Source: Spironucleus salmonicida (lineage: Eukaryota). Taken from it: a DNA stretch of 64,000 bases. The translations under genes and the position numbers were made by a program. The stretch lies in NCBI RefSeq assembly GCF_000497125.1, contig NC_090597.1, forward strand, positions 507,797 to 571,796, read 5' to 3'. Below are positions 38,408-49,886 of this stretch, piece after piece; within the stretch, counting starts at the first letter, position 1, and every line of letters begins with the position of its first letter. The notes under the pieces were generated by a model. The model did not search any database. It was not told where the DNA came from and saw only the letters and a program-made list of their open reading frames with translations.

Positions 38408-39760
38408 ATGTCGGAAAAAGACTCCATAACCGTGGAGGCCCAGGAGTTATCGCCCAAGACCAAGAAGTTAGCGTGGTGGGTGTTCCTACTATTTGGCGTG
38501 ACAGTTCTCCTTCCTTTCAACTGCTTTATCGTACCAGTCGACTACTGGTTCAACCAGTTCCCCTCCACCCTGCTCACTGCTATTTCCGTCACCAACAACA
38601 TCTTCAACAGTATCGTGACCTTCACGATGATGAAATTTTCATACACCCTCACTGTCAGGTTCCGCTTGCTCCTGGCCCTATCCATTTGGCTTGTTGTTTT
38701 ACTCATCGTTCCGTTTGCGCAGTTGTTCTCGCACAACCAGACCACCAGGATGACGATAATTCTGATCTGCGTGGCCTTCGCGGGCTGTGCGAACGGCCTC
38801 TTCTTCCCCACCGCCATCGGGGTTGCGGCCTCCCTGGACGTGAGCTTCATCGCCGCCTTCAATGCTGGGTCGGGCATCGCCGGTATAGTTGCCCAGGTGC
38901 TCAAGGTGATCACGAAGCCCATCATCCCCTTCAACAGCAAGGCCCCCACCTTCGACTCCGTGCTGTACTACACCACCGTGGCCTACTACATCATCGCCGC
39001 TATCTTCGTGCTCGTGACCTACTTCGCCTACTTCTGGCTCGTCAAGAACTACGGCGCTGACAAGATCGAGTTCGACGCCGCCGACCGCCAGAAGTACTTC
39101 ACGCGCGACAAGAGCGCCGCCAAGGAGGTCGCCGCCCCCGGCACCACCTTCTTCGACGCGGTCAAGAACCTGTGGATGCCCGGCGTCTCGCTCTTCCTCA
39201 TCTTCTTCGTCACCCTCACCCTGTTCCCCGCCATTACTATGGAGATCCTGTGCTACTCCATGTTCAAGACCAACGAGTCCGGCAAGTACGGCGACTGGTG
39301 GTCCATCATCATGTTCTCCTGGTTCATGGTCGGCGACTGGGTCGGCCGGCAGTTCCCCTCCTGGAAGTGGGGGCTCAGCATCTGGAACGTCAAGACGCTC
39401 TTCATCGCCGCCATCGTCAGGCTCGCCTTCATCGCGCTCTTCATCATCCAGATCGTGCCCTACTACCACTGGCCTGCCGGTACCACCTCGCCCGCTGCAT
39501 CTGGCACCTCCCCCGACGGCCTTCCCCTCGTCCACAACGACCTGGTGGCCTGGATCGTGATGATCCTCTTCGCGGTGTCCAACGGCTGGTTCATGTGCGC
39601 CATCTTCTGCAAGTACGGCAGCATCATGAAGCCCGAGACCAACGGCACGCACGCCGCCAACTTCATGACCCTCTGCCTCAACATGGGCCTCCTCTTCGGC
39701 AGCTCACTCGGCACCGTCGTGTCCATCATCATCGGGAATGCCAAGAACAGCCTTGCATGA
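38408..39760 (+). CDS. Equilibrative nucleoside transporter, copy 2, 450 aa
   Basis: Colinear with 9795-11147 (offset 28613), near-identical core, diverged termini; start set by alignment to copy 1. Confidence 0.93.
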   Translation: MSEKDSITVEAQELSPKTKKLAWWVFLLFGVTVLLPFNCFIVPVDYWFNQFPSTLLTAISVTNNIFNSIVTFTMMKFSYTLTVRFRLLLALSIWLVVLLIVPFAQLFSHNQTTRMTIILICVAFAGCANGLFFPTAIGVAASLDVSFIAAFNAGSGIAGIVAQVLKVITKPIIPFNSKAPTFDSVLYYTTVAYYIIAAIFVLVTYFAYFWLVKNYGADKIEFDAADRQKYFTRDKSAAKEVAAPGTTFFDAVKNLWMPGVSLFLIFFVTLTLFPAITMEILCYSMFKTNESGKYGDWWSIIMFSWFMVGDWVGRQFPSWKWGLSIWNVKTLFIAAIVRLAFIALFIIQIVPYYHWPAGTTSPAASGTSPDGLPLVHNDLVAWIVMILFAVSNGWFMCAIFCKYGSIMKPETNGTHAANFMTLCLNMGLLFGSSLGTVVSIIIGNAKNSLA

Positions 39761-39861
39761 GTGATCTAATTCTATTTGCAGTTTTGTGCTTTCCTAAAAT
39801 GCAGTACTTTCCAGGGAATGCCCTGCGAGATAAGTAATACACACGAAAGTAATACTTCACT

Positions 39862-40092
39862 CTAAACCGAAAAGGCTAAGGCTGCCAAGACGGTCAGGTG
39901 CTCTGAGTCCACCTGCCTTGGGTCATCGTCCACGTCCCGCTGGATGATCTCCTGCAGCTCGGTATCAATGGCGAGGGAGGACTTTTAGTGCTAGCCTGAG
40001 CAGTTGAGGATGCGCCAAGCTGCGGCATTGGCCAGTAGAGGCAGAAACGTACTCTTATCCCCTAGGGCTTCCCTTTATGCAGTGCCTCGCAT
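39862..40092 (-). pseudogene. Paralog of the small acidic ORF, probably degenerate
   Basis: ...SSLAIDTELQEIIQRDVDDDPRQVDSEHLTVL; the start aligned to copy 1 is altered, and a 1-nt difference puts TAG where copy 1 has TGA. Confidence 0.55.
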
Positions 40093-40538
40093 CACATTAC
40101 TACATATTAGGAGCGCTTTTAAAGCTAGACTAGAACTGTGCGAAGTACCCTGAACATTAGAGAACGCACCGAACGGAGTGTGGCTATCAGATTTTAATAT
40201 GCATCCAGAGGATATGTGGGTGGAGTGGAACTGGAGAATGCGCACTCGTATACTCGGGTCATGGCGGGGGTATAGAGGCTTGGTACTTCAATTACCGCGT
40301 GGTGCGGCTAGCCTCCTAAAAGTGCCTCGCACGGGACCCGAATCCGGTCGTACACCATGTTCTAGAGTGTCTGGTGAAGGGAGGCGCAGGGAGAACGGGC
40401 CATCGGCGGTCTGTTGTGCTCACGAGGTATCATAATTCAGGAGGAAGGCGTGGGCGCAAGCAGGTTGGCAGATGGCGAGTAGCATTTTCCAAACCCATAT
40501 TCTAGTTCGTAATAATACGGTTCCCACTTCAGCTTTTA

Positions 40539-41795
40539 ATGAGGCAGCGGAACTATATTCAGGGCTTGCTGGGCGTGGCGAATCTGTGGGCATTAACCGT
40601 GTACATCTACGAGATGTTCTGCGTTAAGGTGATCTCCCCACCTAGGGTAGGCAAGGACAACGATTTCTCGCAGCAGAGCTTTCTGTTCGCGTTTTTCCAT
40701 TGCGGGCGCTTCGCCGAGGAGGTTTTCGTGTTCCTATACCTGCTAACGGTTCAGTTTGGGATCTCTCAGCGCTGCTCCTCCGTGGCTGACGTAGTAGTGC
40801 ATGCAGGGAAACACATTATTTTCATAGCCACGCCCGTCTGGTGCACCGCGTTTCTGGTGCACCAAAACTGTTCCCGGGACGCCCTAGTGCATGACCTATT
40901 GTTCCTCGCCGCGTTCAGACCCTATACCTAGGATCCCTTGGAGATCCTGCAGGTTCATTCCTACCTCGTCACCGGGATCTTCTTCGTGTCGCTGTGCAAC
41001 TGCACAAGTCTGCTGCTGAGGCTCGACCTGAAGAAAATTGCGGTATTTTCTTTCGCTGCCTGCACTCTGATGCGCCTCGGCTGTGCCGCTTTGGTGGTCT
41101 TATTGGCGAAAACGTCGCACCACATGTTGTTCCCGGTCTTCTACGTGTACCTGTATGCCATCGCTATCTATGTCGCGACGACCTTCTGGAAGTTCGACGT
41201 CAACGATCTGGGGATCGCAAATATGCAGACTCCTTCGAAGCCGCCCAGGCACCACCGCTGCATTCAGTGGCTGTGCTCCAAGAATCGCGTCGCGGGGGAC
41301 ATGGTCGTCTGGGCCCTGGCGTGCGGAGGCGGAGTAGTGGTTAAGTTCGTGCACCGTACGGAGGACGACCTCCTGGACCACAAACTGGTTGGCGTGCTTG
41401 TGCTGGCATTCGGCCGCGTTGCCTAGATGATGGTCTTTTACATCTGCATGGTGCCCGTTTTCTACGACCTTACCCCGCTTACGAACCGCCTACTCGGTTG
41501 CCATATATTCACGAGCCTGGGCGTGCACGCGAACGAGAACTTCATCGGGGCCATTATCGTGCTGCAGACGCTGCTGCAGGCCACGAAAGGGATGCAGGTG
41601 GGCCCCTACAACAACGGCACCGTTTTGCTCGCCGTCGGGGGCGTGATGTCGCTGACGCTGGTAGGCGGGCAGCTGATCGCGCAGCTCTTCTTGCTCATCG
41701 TGAAGGTGATTGTGAGCAAAATCGACAGGTACTGGGAGCTGCAGAAGACGAAGCACGTCGCCATGTAAATTCGGCAGAAAATGGTTAACAAATGA
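40539..41795 (+). CDS. Multi-pass membrane protein, possibly acyltransferase-3-like, copy 2, 418 aa (table 6)
   Basis: Track ORFs 40539, 40938 and 41427 are one frame separated only by TAG/TAA; colinear with 12024-13283. Confidence 0.72.
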
Positions 41796-41797
41796 TC

Positions 41798-44185
41798 TCA
41801 CATCATCCTTGCGATTACTTGATCCACCTCGTCCAAGCTATCAAACTCAGTCTTGATTTCTGATTCCATTTTCTGATTCATATCTTACCCTATTAGACCC
41901 ATTTTATTTTAAATATTTACATTTCCGCTAAAAATTAAAATTTTTTCAATTTTTTCAATTTTCCTAACCAATTCTTGATTTTCAAATTCTAACTCTTTTA
42001 TTCTTCCAAGTTTACCGTCATTTTGGTCGTCTAGTAATTCATCAGCTAAACTTTCTAACTTAACTAAATTATTTTAGAGTGCTTCAAAGTTAACATCAAT
42101 TTCTTCCTATTTCACGTTATTTTCTTTTAGTTAGAGTTTAATTTTTTAAAATGCTGAAACCAAGGTTTCCTGGAATTCAAGTAAAGCAGGATGAACTTCT
42201 TCGGCATCGAATGATGCATCTTCCGGCTCTTCACTTCTAGGCTAAGAAGACATCGTCATAGGTGCTTATGGCATCTATGGCATTTAAGCTAATTAAGCCA
42301 TTGGGTTAAACTGAGGCATTTAACTAACTTGGTTAAGCTAAGGCATCTAGTTTAGTTATGGCATCTAATTAAGCTGTGGCATTTAGTTAAGTTATGGCAT
42401 CGATGAAAACTGATTTAATTATTGCATCTATGGCATTTAGTTAAGAGTATTTAATTAAGGCATAGATCCTATTTCCGGCATGTCTAATTTATATCTATTT
42501 ATAACTGAATTATCTTCATATGGATCATACATACCATCATCTAATTAAATATTAACTTATCGTGCCTCTTAAATATCGATATCCATAGCTTCTTTTCGAG
42601 AAATTGTAGTTTCTCCTATAATACAGCAGTCTAATCTCGAGAGTCTAGTACCAAAAAGATAAATTGAAATTAGCTCTGCTGCTGAATCATTCACGCCGTC
42701 ACAAATTTCAATAAAATCTTAGCCACCAAAATCGCGCTTTAGTTACTTAGATACACCATTACCGAGAATTTCAACAGTAGTTGCGGTTGAACTGCCGTCT
42801 AAATTAATATCAATGCCTATTCGTTTCTCCATTCCTTTTTCGAAGTCTACGACCCAAAAATCATTTAAAAACTTTTCTTTACCGGTACCTGAAAATATGA
42901 GCAACGCATTTTCTCTAATATTAATACACGAATGATCAAATCTTTATGGGATTTGCATTTTCAAAGGTTTCCATTAAAAATTAATTAAAATATGAGAGTC
43001 GTTCACAAGCCCCGAATCAGAAACACCGCCAAAAAGAACAGCCTTGTTTTTAGAAATTTTGGTCAATGTAGCAAACGAACGAGAGCTAGGTAAAGATTAC
43101 CCCAATAGCTAATTCCAGTTTTTTTGCTAAAAATTATACACCCAATAATCATTTAAGAATTGCTTATTTTTACCCCCAAACAGAACCAATTTGCCCTGAA
43201 TTAGCACAACCTAGTGACCACTACGCGCAGTAGGCGCGTTTTGCGACGAAATTTGAGACCACTAATTACTAGTCGAATTATAGTGCCAGAAATCGTTCAA
43301 AAATTGATTTTCGGCCTCCCCTCCGAAGATAACGAAATTCCCGTTATTTAGCGACGTAATGGTGTGATTTTTACGGAATTTTGGAGCGATTTTCGGCATC
43401 GGAATTGGGGCGAATTATTTCTATTTTTCAGGGTCAATTTTGCCGAAATTTTGCCCAAAAACGTACAAAACGCTTCCCGCGAAAGCGACTTTTCCCTCGT
43501 AAAATTTTTAATTCACCTTAAAAGACTGCTAAAGCGACACGAAAGCAAGCCCGTTTTGGGGCATTTCCGGCACCTTCGGGACCTGCACGGGCGGCTCGGA
43601 AGGGATGTCCGGAATCGATCCCAGAGACGCGATTTGGCCGATTACGGGCCTGAATTGCTGCATTTCCTTGTCCTCCTCAGAGGACTCGGAATTGACCCTC
43701 ATGGTCTGCGCAATGACCGAATTTTGACGGTCCAGGCCGGTCGTGTCGCGCTTGAAGTTCTGGTACGGCACCATGAAGGACGTGAGGTCGACTTTTTCCT
43801 TCGGCTGGTCGTTCTGGTTAATAAGGGCTGTGGACTGGAACTTTACGGCCGATTTGAGGTCTTTTACGTCTTTTACGTTCGAAATCGAACGGTTCGATTT
43901 TATGGGTTTTTGGTACGTTTTGGAGAACCAGGTCTGCAGTTTGGCAGTTTTGATTCCTGTGTCCTGCGCGAGCAGTTTCCAGGCCTTGCTCGTCATGAGC
44001 TTGTTGAGCTGGTACGGCTCAGCTTTCAGGTCTTTGATGGTTTGTTGTGAGGTGATGTCGAGGGCGACGATCATGGAGGCGACTAGTTTTGCGGCCGAAA
44101 ATCCATCCAGGCCAGCTAGCTCGCCTGGGGGGAGCGGTACGGCGGGGTCAACGAGAGAATTCTGTCTGGACAGTTTTGAGGACAT
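41798..44185 (-). CDS. Kelch-repeat protein with MPQLNQ low-complexity tract and C-terminal coiled coil, 795 aa (table 6)
   Basis: Kelch blades PKFRKNHT..FVIFGG..FLNDFWHY..W, PTARSGH..LVLFGG..FLNDYWVY..W, PSSRSF..AVLFGG; one frame from ATG 44185 to TGA 41798. Confidence 0.9.
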
Positions 44186-45461
44186 TTAAAATTTGAAAAG
44201 ATATAGAATATTAAGTTATATATAATATTTAATTGTTGGTTTAAATTTAAAAAATATTATTATTTAATATATATAATAATCAAAAATATGCGTGGAGTGG
44301 AGGATTATAGGCTTGTTTAATGAGAGTTGTGGATAGGGGGTGAGAATAAGAAGATCTGGATATAATTTGGATTGGGGCGAAATTAGAGCGAAGAAATGGA
44401 GTAAATTACTAGATATGATTGAATATTTTTATGTTAAAATAGTTTAATTTTAGATGAAAATTAGGTTTTTCATTTATAAAAATAAGAGAGAACGGTCATA
44501 GATGGGATATTTGGGGATTTTAATATAAAGCGATTCGAGGAATATAATAAAGTTTGGATATGTTATATAAAGAATGTATGCTTTCTACAAAATTTATTAA
44601 TATTCTTATACAAATTGCAATTAATAAAAATATGAGTTGAATTTAAAGTATTAAAGAAACTATTCGATTTATTAGAGGCAGATTATCTGTATATACTATT
44701 GATTTCAAATTATATTCAAATATTATGCTTATAAATAGGATTAATGTTTGTAATCAGTTTTATGCAAAAAGATAGTCTACTTAAATGATTTAACCAGATT
44801 AGGCCTAATGGAAATATATTTGTTAAGTTATTTAAGGTATTTAGTAATTTACGTTGATGATTTACAGATATTCATGTTTAAACCTTAAATTATAATTTAT
44901 TTGAATTTGAAGCATTAAACGTAAACTTTCCTATCTGACTATTACTTAAGACATAAAAAATAAATATATAATGAATGATTTATAATAAAACAATAGAATT
45001 ATTAGTTATCATGCTACTTGTTTAAAAACTTTATGCTGTTGTTTCTGTGAAAATTATGAATTCTGCATATGTATTGGTTAACTGTGTTATATTATTTAAT
45101 AAATAATATATATGTTTTATATTATTTAATATAAGGAACTATACGTATTATTAAAATATTTATACTTATATCTTTTTAAGTTAAATTTAATTATAATTAA
45201 ATTGAGTTTCACACTACAATAAACTTAATTTATAATAAATGATAAACTAAATATGTCTAAAAAGTACAAGCAACTGATTTAGAAAATATTTTATGATACG
45301 CTAAAAAATAATCATTACCTTAATTTATTTTATTAATAACTAATGCATATTGATAATTATTACTAAATATAGATTATTAAATTTGGAATAAATATAATAA
45401 TAATACTATATGTGTATTAAGCGATGTGTCATGCGTAGATAAAAACCTCTTTCCTTTATAA

Positions 45462-46808
45462 ATGGTTTCGTTCGGACTCCTATTTGCAATTTAGTCCTTA
45501 ACAGCCGAGACTCTCGGCTTTACCATTGCAAACTTTTCTTCTGACATCATCAAACTTTACTATATGGCTATTGGTACTTCAGCTAATTTTGCAGCCGCTG
45601 ATGTTGCAGTTCAAACTTTACTACCCTATCTATCTATCGCCTCCCTTGTAGGCTTCCTCATTGCTTCTCTCACCTTCGCTCCTATTGTAAGCTGGTTAGG
45701 CTACAAGAAGACCGGCTTGGTAGGTGCTGCTGGATCTGTCATCTTCAATATTCTGCTTTGCATTCCTTTCAATGTCTACTACTGGCTGGTTATGAGGCTT
45801 TTTGCCGGCTTCTTTGTCGTATTATTTTAACAACCCAGCATCATCATCGTGGGTGAGCACGCTGAGGCCAGCAAGAGAGGTATACTCGGTGTTATGTTCC
45901 AATTTAACGTCACCCTTGGTATATTGGTTGCTTCCTTAGTCTTACTTGCCATCCGTACTTATCAAGATACCTATAATGCTTGGTGGGTCAACTTTATTGT
46001 TACCTTCATATGGCCTCTCATGGGATTTGTCTTGTTATTCTTCGTTCCCGACGTCAAGCCCAGAGAGGAGAAGGAAATCTCCCCCATGCTCCTGTTCAAG
46101 GAGAAGAAGTACCTCAAGGTCCTCATCCTCTCTGTCATGCTCGGCCTCAACCAGCAGTGCACCGGTATCAACGCCGTTATCGTCTATTCCACTGAGACCT
46201 TCAAGGATACCTTCAAGAATGCAGATGGCACTACCCATTCCCTGTCTTCCGTCTTCGGTTCCATCATTATCAACGGTGTCAACTTTGTGGCTACCCTCGG
46301 CGCCCTCGCCTTCATCGAGAAGCTCGGCCGCAAGATCCTTCTCTTCGGCGGTGTCGGTGTCTGTTTCGCTGCACAGGTTGCTCTCATGATCAACTATATC
46401 CTCGCAAAACCCAATACTGCCCTTCTCATTACAGCTTCTGTTATATTCATCATTGGATTCGAAGTTGGTCCCGGTCCCATCTTCTTCGTCTTCGCCTCCG
46501 AGCTCTTCCCCGTCGAGGCCAAGTCCCTCCTATCCTCAATCCTGCTCAGCTTCAACTACATCCCCAACATCTTTGTCGTCGTTCTCTTCCCAATTCTTAC
46601 CAACGCTGCCGCATGGTCTCCCTTCGTTACCTATTTGATCGTCATGGGTCTTACAACTGCTGTATTGCTCTTTACCACCCCTGAAACGAAGGGCAAGACC
46701 CAGGAGGAAATCCAGATGATCCTTACCGGCTCTGCACCAGCTGCTAGTAGCGAAGCCGAGAAAGGCTCCGAGGTTAGGTTTGGTTCTGGTGTTATGACTG
46801 CTGAGTGA
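45462..46808 (+). CDS. MFS sugar-porter family transporter, copy 2, 448 aa (table 6)
   Basis: Same motifs and length as 6669-8015; ends GAG-TGA. Confidence 0.93.
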
Positions 46809-47270
46809 TGAGTCTACTTATTGTTATTTAAAACTCTTTATAATATTAATTTGTATAAGTAAATATTCCATTAAAACCGAACACTTATTAACTAAAATTG
46901 AGTTTAATTAAGGCCATTTTCATGACTTAATAATTTTATGATTATCATCAACAAATAGCTTCTTACTTGTTAAGAGCATACCGAATAAATAAAATGCTGG
47001 AAACACCATGTTGTTGAATCATAATATCACAAAAGGTACTATTTTCACTCGTAAAGTTATAAATTTCTTAACACCTAATAGACGCTATAGCATCTATCAC
47101 TTACCAATACGAACCATTTAGTCATATACTTGATTCGAACCTCATTTTTATTTTGTAATTATATTATATAATAATCATAATTTCTTCCCCTTCCCCTCCC
47201 TTTCTTTTCACACTCAATTTTTATTATTATACAATATACCCTATATTTCCGCTCCACAAACAAAAATTTC

Positions 47271-48026
47271 TCAGATTCCGTCAATGCCGCCCGCATCCAA
47301 CCCCTCAACTTCCTCTTCGCATTCTCCCCGAAATCGACAGCAGTATCCGTACTGCTCCAGAGTCTGCACCATGAAAACGCTCCGCTGGCGCCGCAAATCC
47401 AAAATTATCTGGTCAGTTTCCGCTCCTTTTTGGCTCATTTTCGCTCTGCAGACGATGAAAACGCCAGTCCGGCCCACCCCCGCAGAGCAGTGCACGAGAA
47501 TTCGCTAATTTGCAGTTTCTCGTAGAATTTAAAGGAACGAAAAATCATTTTCTGGGGTTTTTAGGTCCGGGAACGACGCCAGCGCGTAGTGCGTCACCGG
47601 CGCGCCGTCGACGAGCAGTTTCGTCACTGTCAGGTCGTTTTTGACCGTTTTTTCTGTCGTTTCGACGGTCAAGTTTCTGCCGTTCTCGCTAAGCACCGCA
47701 GCCGCTGCTGGCAAGTAGGCGTCGCACTTGCCCGCCTCGACCTCGCAGAGCTGCACGATTGACGCGATTTCGCGGTCCCGCACGAGCGCGAAAAAGCGGA
47801 AAAACTCGACCGGGAGCGGCGCCTGCGACGCGATTTGGAAGGTCCCGCCCAGCCGGATTTCGTTTGCGTTCATGTAGGGCTCCACCACCGTCGAAAGCGA
47901 TGGTGTGACGTTGATCTGGCGGTTCCGCGACGCGTTTTCGGCATTCCAGGCGTGCGTCGCGACAGGTGTCGAGGGCAGAACGTCCGCGAACGTGCGGTCC
48001 TCTAGCGCGTCGTAACGCTGCTGCAT
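47271..48026 (-). CDS. Classical protein-tyrosine phosphatase, 251 aa (table 6)
   Basis: RNRQINV, YMNAN, IASQAPLP, FPD loop, VHCSAGVGRTG, MVQTLEQY; two track ORFs joined through TAA/TAG. Confidence 0.93.
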
Positions 48027-48039
48027 TATTAGAAAAATT

Positions 48040-48066
48040 TGGACAACCCGGGAATCGAACCCGGGG

Positions 48067-48097
<31 letters not shown>

Positions 48098-48112
48098 CTG
48101 AGCTAGCCGCCC
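48040..48112 (-). tRNA. tRNA-Ala(TGC)
   Basis: GGGCGGCTAGCTCAGTTGGTAGAGCGCGCGCTTTGCATGCGCGAGGCCCCGGGTTCGATTCCCGGGTTGTCCA; cloverleaf, G3:U70, T-run downstream. Confidence 0.96.
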
Positions 48113-48560
48113 TGTAAATAAAAGAAGATTGTGTATAATGATGTTAATTAACTAGTAAAAATTTAAATGTTGCTATGAGAAATTAGGGAGGCTTTGGAAT
48201 ATAATAGTAGGAGCTGGAAATGATAATTTATAGCGAATGTGAACATTAGAACTAAAGTTAAGTAGTTAGTAAGTAGTTGAGCTGATCATACTAGAGAGGC
48301 GACAAAAGGTTATTCTTTAAATATTAATTATTTACAAGTTCAATTTTAAATAATATTCAGTTAAAGCATACTCGAGTATAATTGTCTAAGAATAATTAAC
48401 ATAAATTTATATAATAATAGAGTTACTTATTGTGATGTTAAAATAGATATTATCCAATTGATTTATAAGGATATTCTATTACTTATTATAAAAAGGAAAT
48501 TATTAATTTTAGACTAAAATTATAAATTTATATATAATAATATAAAATACGTAAATAATA

Positions 48561-49073
48561 ATGTAGGTACCCAGACTATCACTGGCCTAGATATTTACCA
48601 ATCCGTCATCATTTGAAATATCAGAATCGGCCAATAATACACCATTATTTTAGTAAAAAGCATCTGAATTTAATATAGAATAAGATATTGCTGATTAGGA
48701 ATAGTGGAATATGTAGCGAGAAAAGCATGTAGATTTAATAGTTAAATTGACGTATAACATAATTGAAGATTTATAAGTGTTAAACTAAGTGTAAAGTGCA
48801 CTACATGTGCATGTTATACATTATTAAAAACTTAACAGTGTTATAAAAAAATCAGAGGTTATTAAAATACTATTGGAATCAGGATTAGTAGTGGATTATA
48901 TAGTTAATCTCATACGTAAAATAACTTAATAAGTGGGAACTTTAACTGCATTTTCACGAAAAAGTCTTAATTAGTAGGGAGAGCGGTTATTAAAATAGAT
49001 CATAGATACTGTTGATTTGTTTATGGACGAAGCTATTTATTTTTTGAAGTATTCTGTGAGAAAAGGTGAATGA
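48561..49073 (+). CDS. Hypothetical protein, 170 aa (table 6)
   Basis: MQVPRLSLAQIFTNPSSFEISES...YSVRKGE; ATG after AT-rich tract, helical-looking composition, AGTGA just after the stop; no family recognised. Confidence 0.65.
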
Positions 49074-49484
49074 TAGAGTGATTTTAAACAGAATTATTTC
49101 TAATCTTAATTCGAAATTTGTGGTTTACATAAATTGTGTATGTTAAGAGATGCACTTAATTCATATTGTACTATTATATCGCATACATGATTTTATTGTA
49201 GAGATCGGATCTGACGAAATCCCGCGATAATTCTAATCGCCTGGGTTTACAAACTATAAAATGAATATTAACAACATTCAATAATATTAAATTATATTTT
49301 ATTCTATTATCTAACTGTATGCCAAATATTATATAGTTATATTTATAAGTATAAGTATCTGCTCTACAAAATATTTTTCTGGCATATCTAAATTGGTAAA
49401 ATATTGATAATAGTATTCAGGACGAATATAATTATACATAAATACTTATATTATCACATATTCATTTTCGTTACTTCTATTAAA

Positions 49485-49886
49485 ATGATCCAACAACCAG
49501 CATACAATTTCAATGTATTCAGCCATCCTAGTTTTACAGGAGAACAATGTTTAGAACATTAATAGGGCCGAGTTTGTAAAACCTGGTCCCTAGAAGAGGA
49601 CGATATTATTCTTAATCTTGCGAAAACTACAAGTTCTTGGTAGATTATTGCTTAATAAATGAGATAAATATTTGGAAAGGTATATTCAAGTCCTTAGATA
49701 TCCTAACATTATCGGAGAGTTCTTTGTAAAGGTAGTACAGTATGGTCTGATTCAGAGTTAGATAAGCTAGGAGAACTTGTAAAAGTCATGCCAGGTTGCT
49801 GGGCTGAAATAGGCAGACAGTTGGGAAAAGCAGATGCTCAAGTAAAACAGAAGGCTAAATCATTAATGTGTTTTATGTATAAGTGA
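49485..49886 (+). CDS. Two-repeat Myb-like DNA-binding protein, 133 aa (table 6)
   Basis: KTWSLEEDDIIL..SSWQIIA..QISQHY and VWSDSELDKL..GCWAEIGRQLGKADAQVKQK; ends AAG-TGA. Confidence 0.9.

Noticed and set aside
40539-48080. Pseudogene calls for split AT3-like, Kelch, sugar-porter and PTP ORFs
   Set aside because: Breaks are only TAA/TAG in a constant frame; genes are intact under table 6.
47529-48080. PTP N-terminal extension MHARGPGFDSRVVQIFLI
   Set aside because: It is the tRNA-Ala sequence read as codons; the first plausible ATG is 48026.
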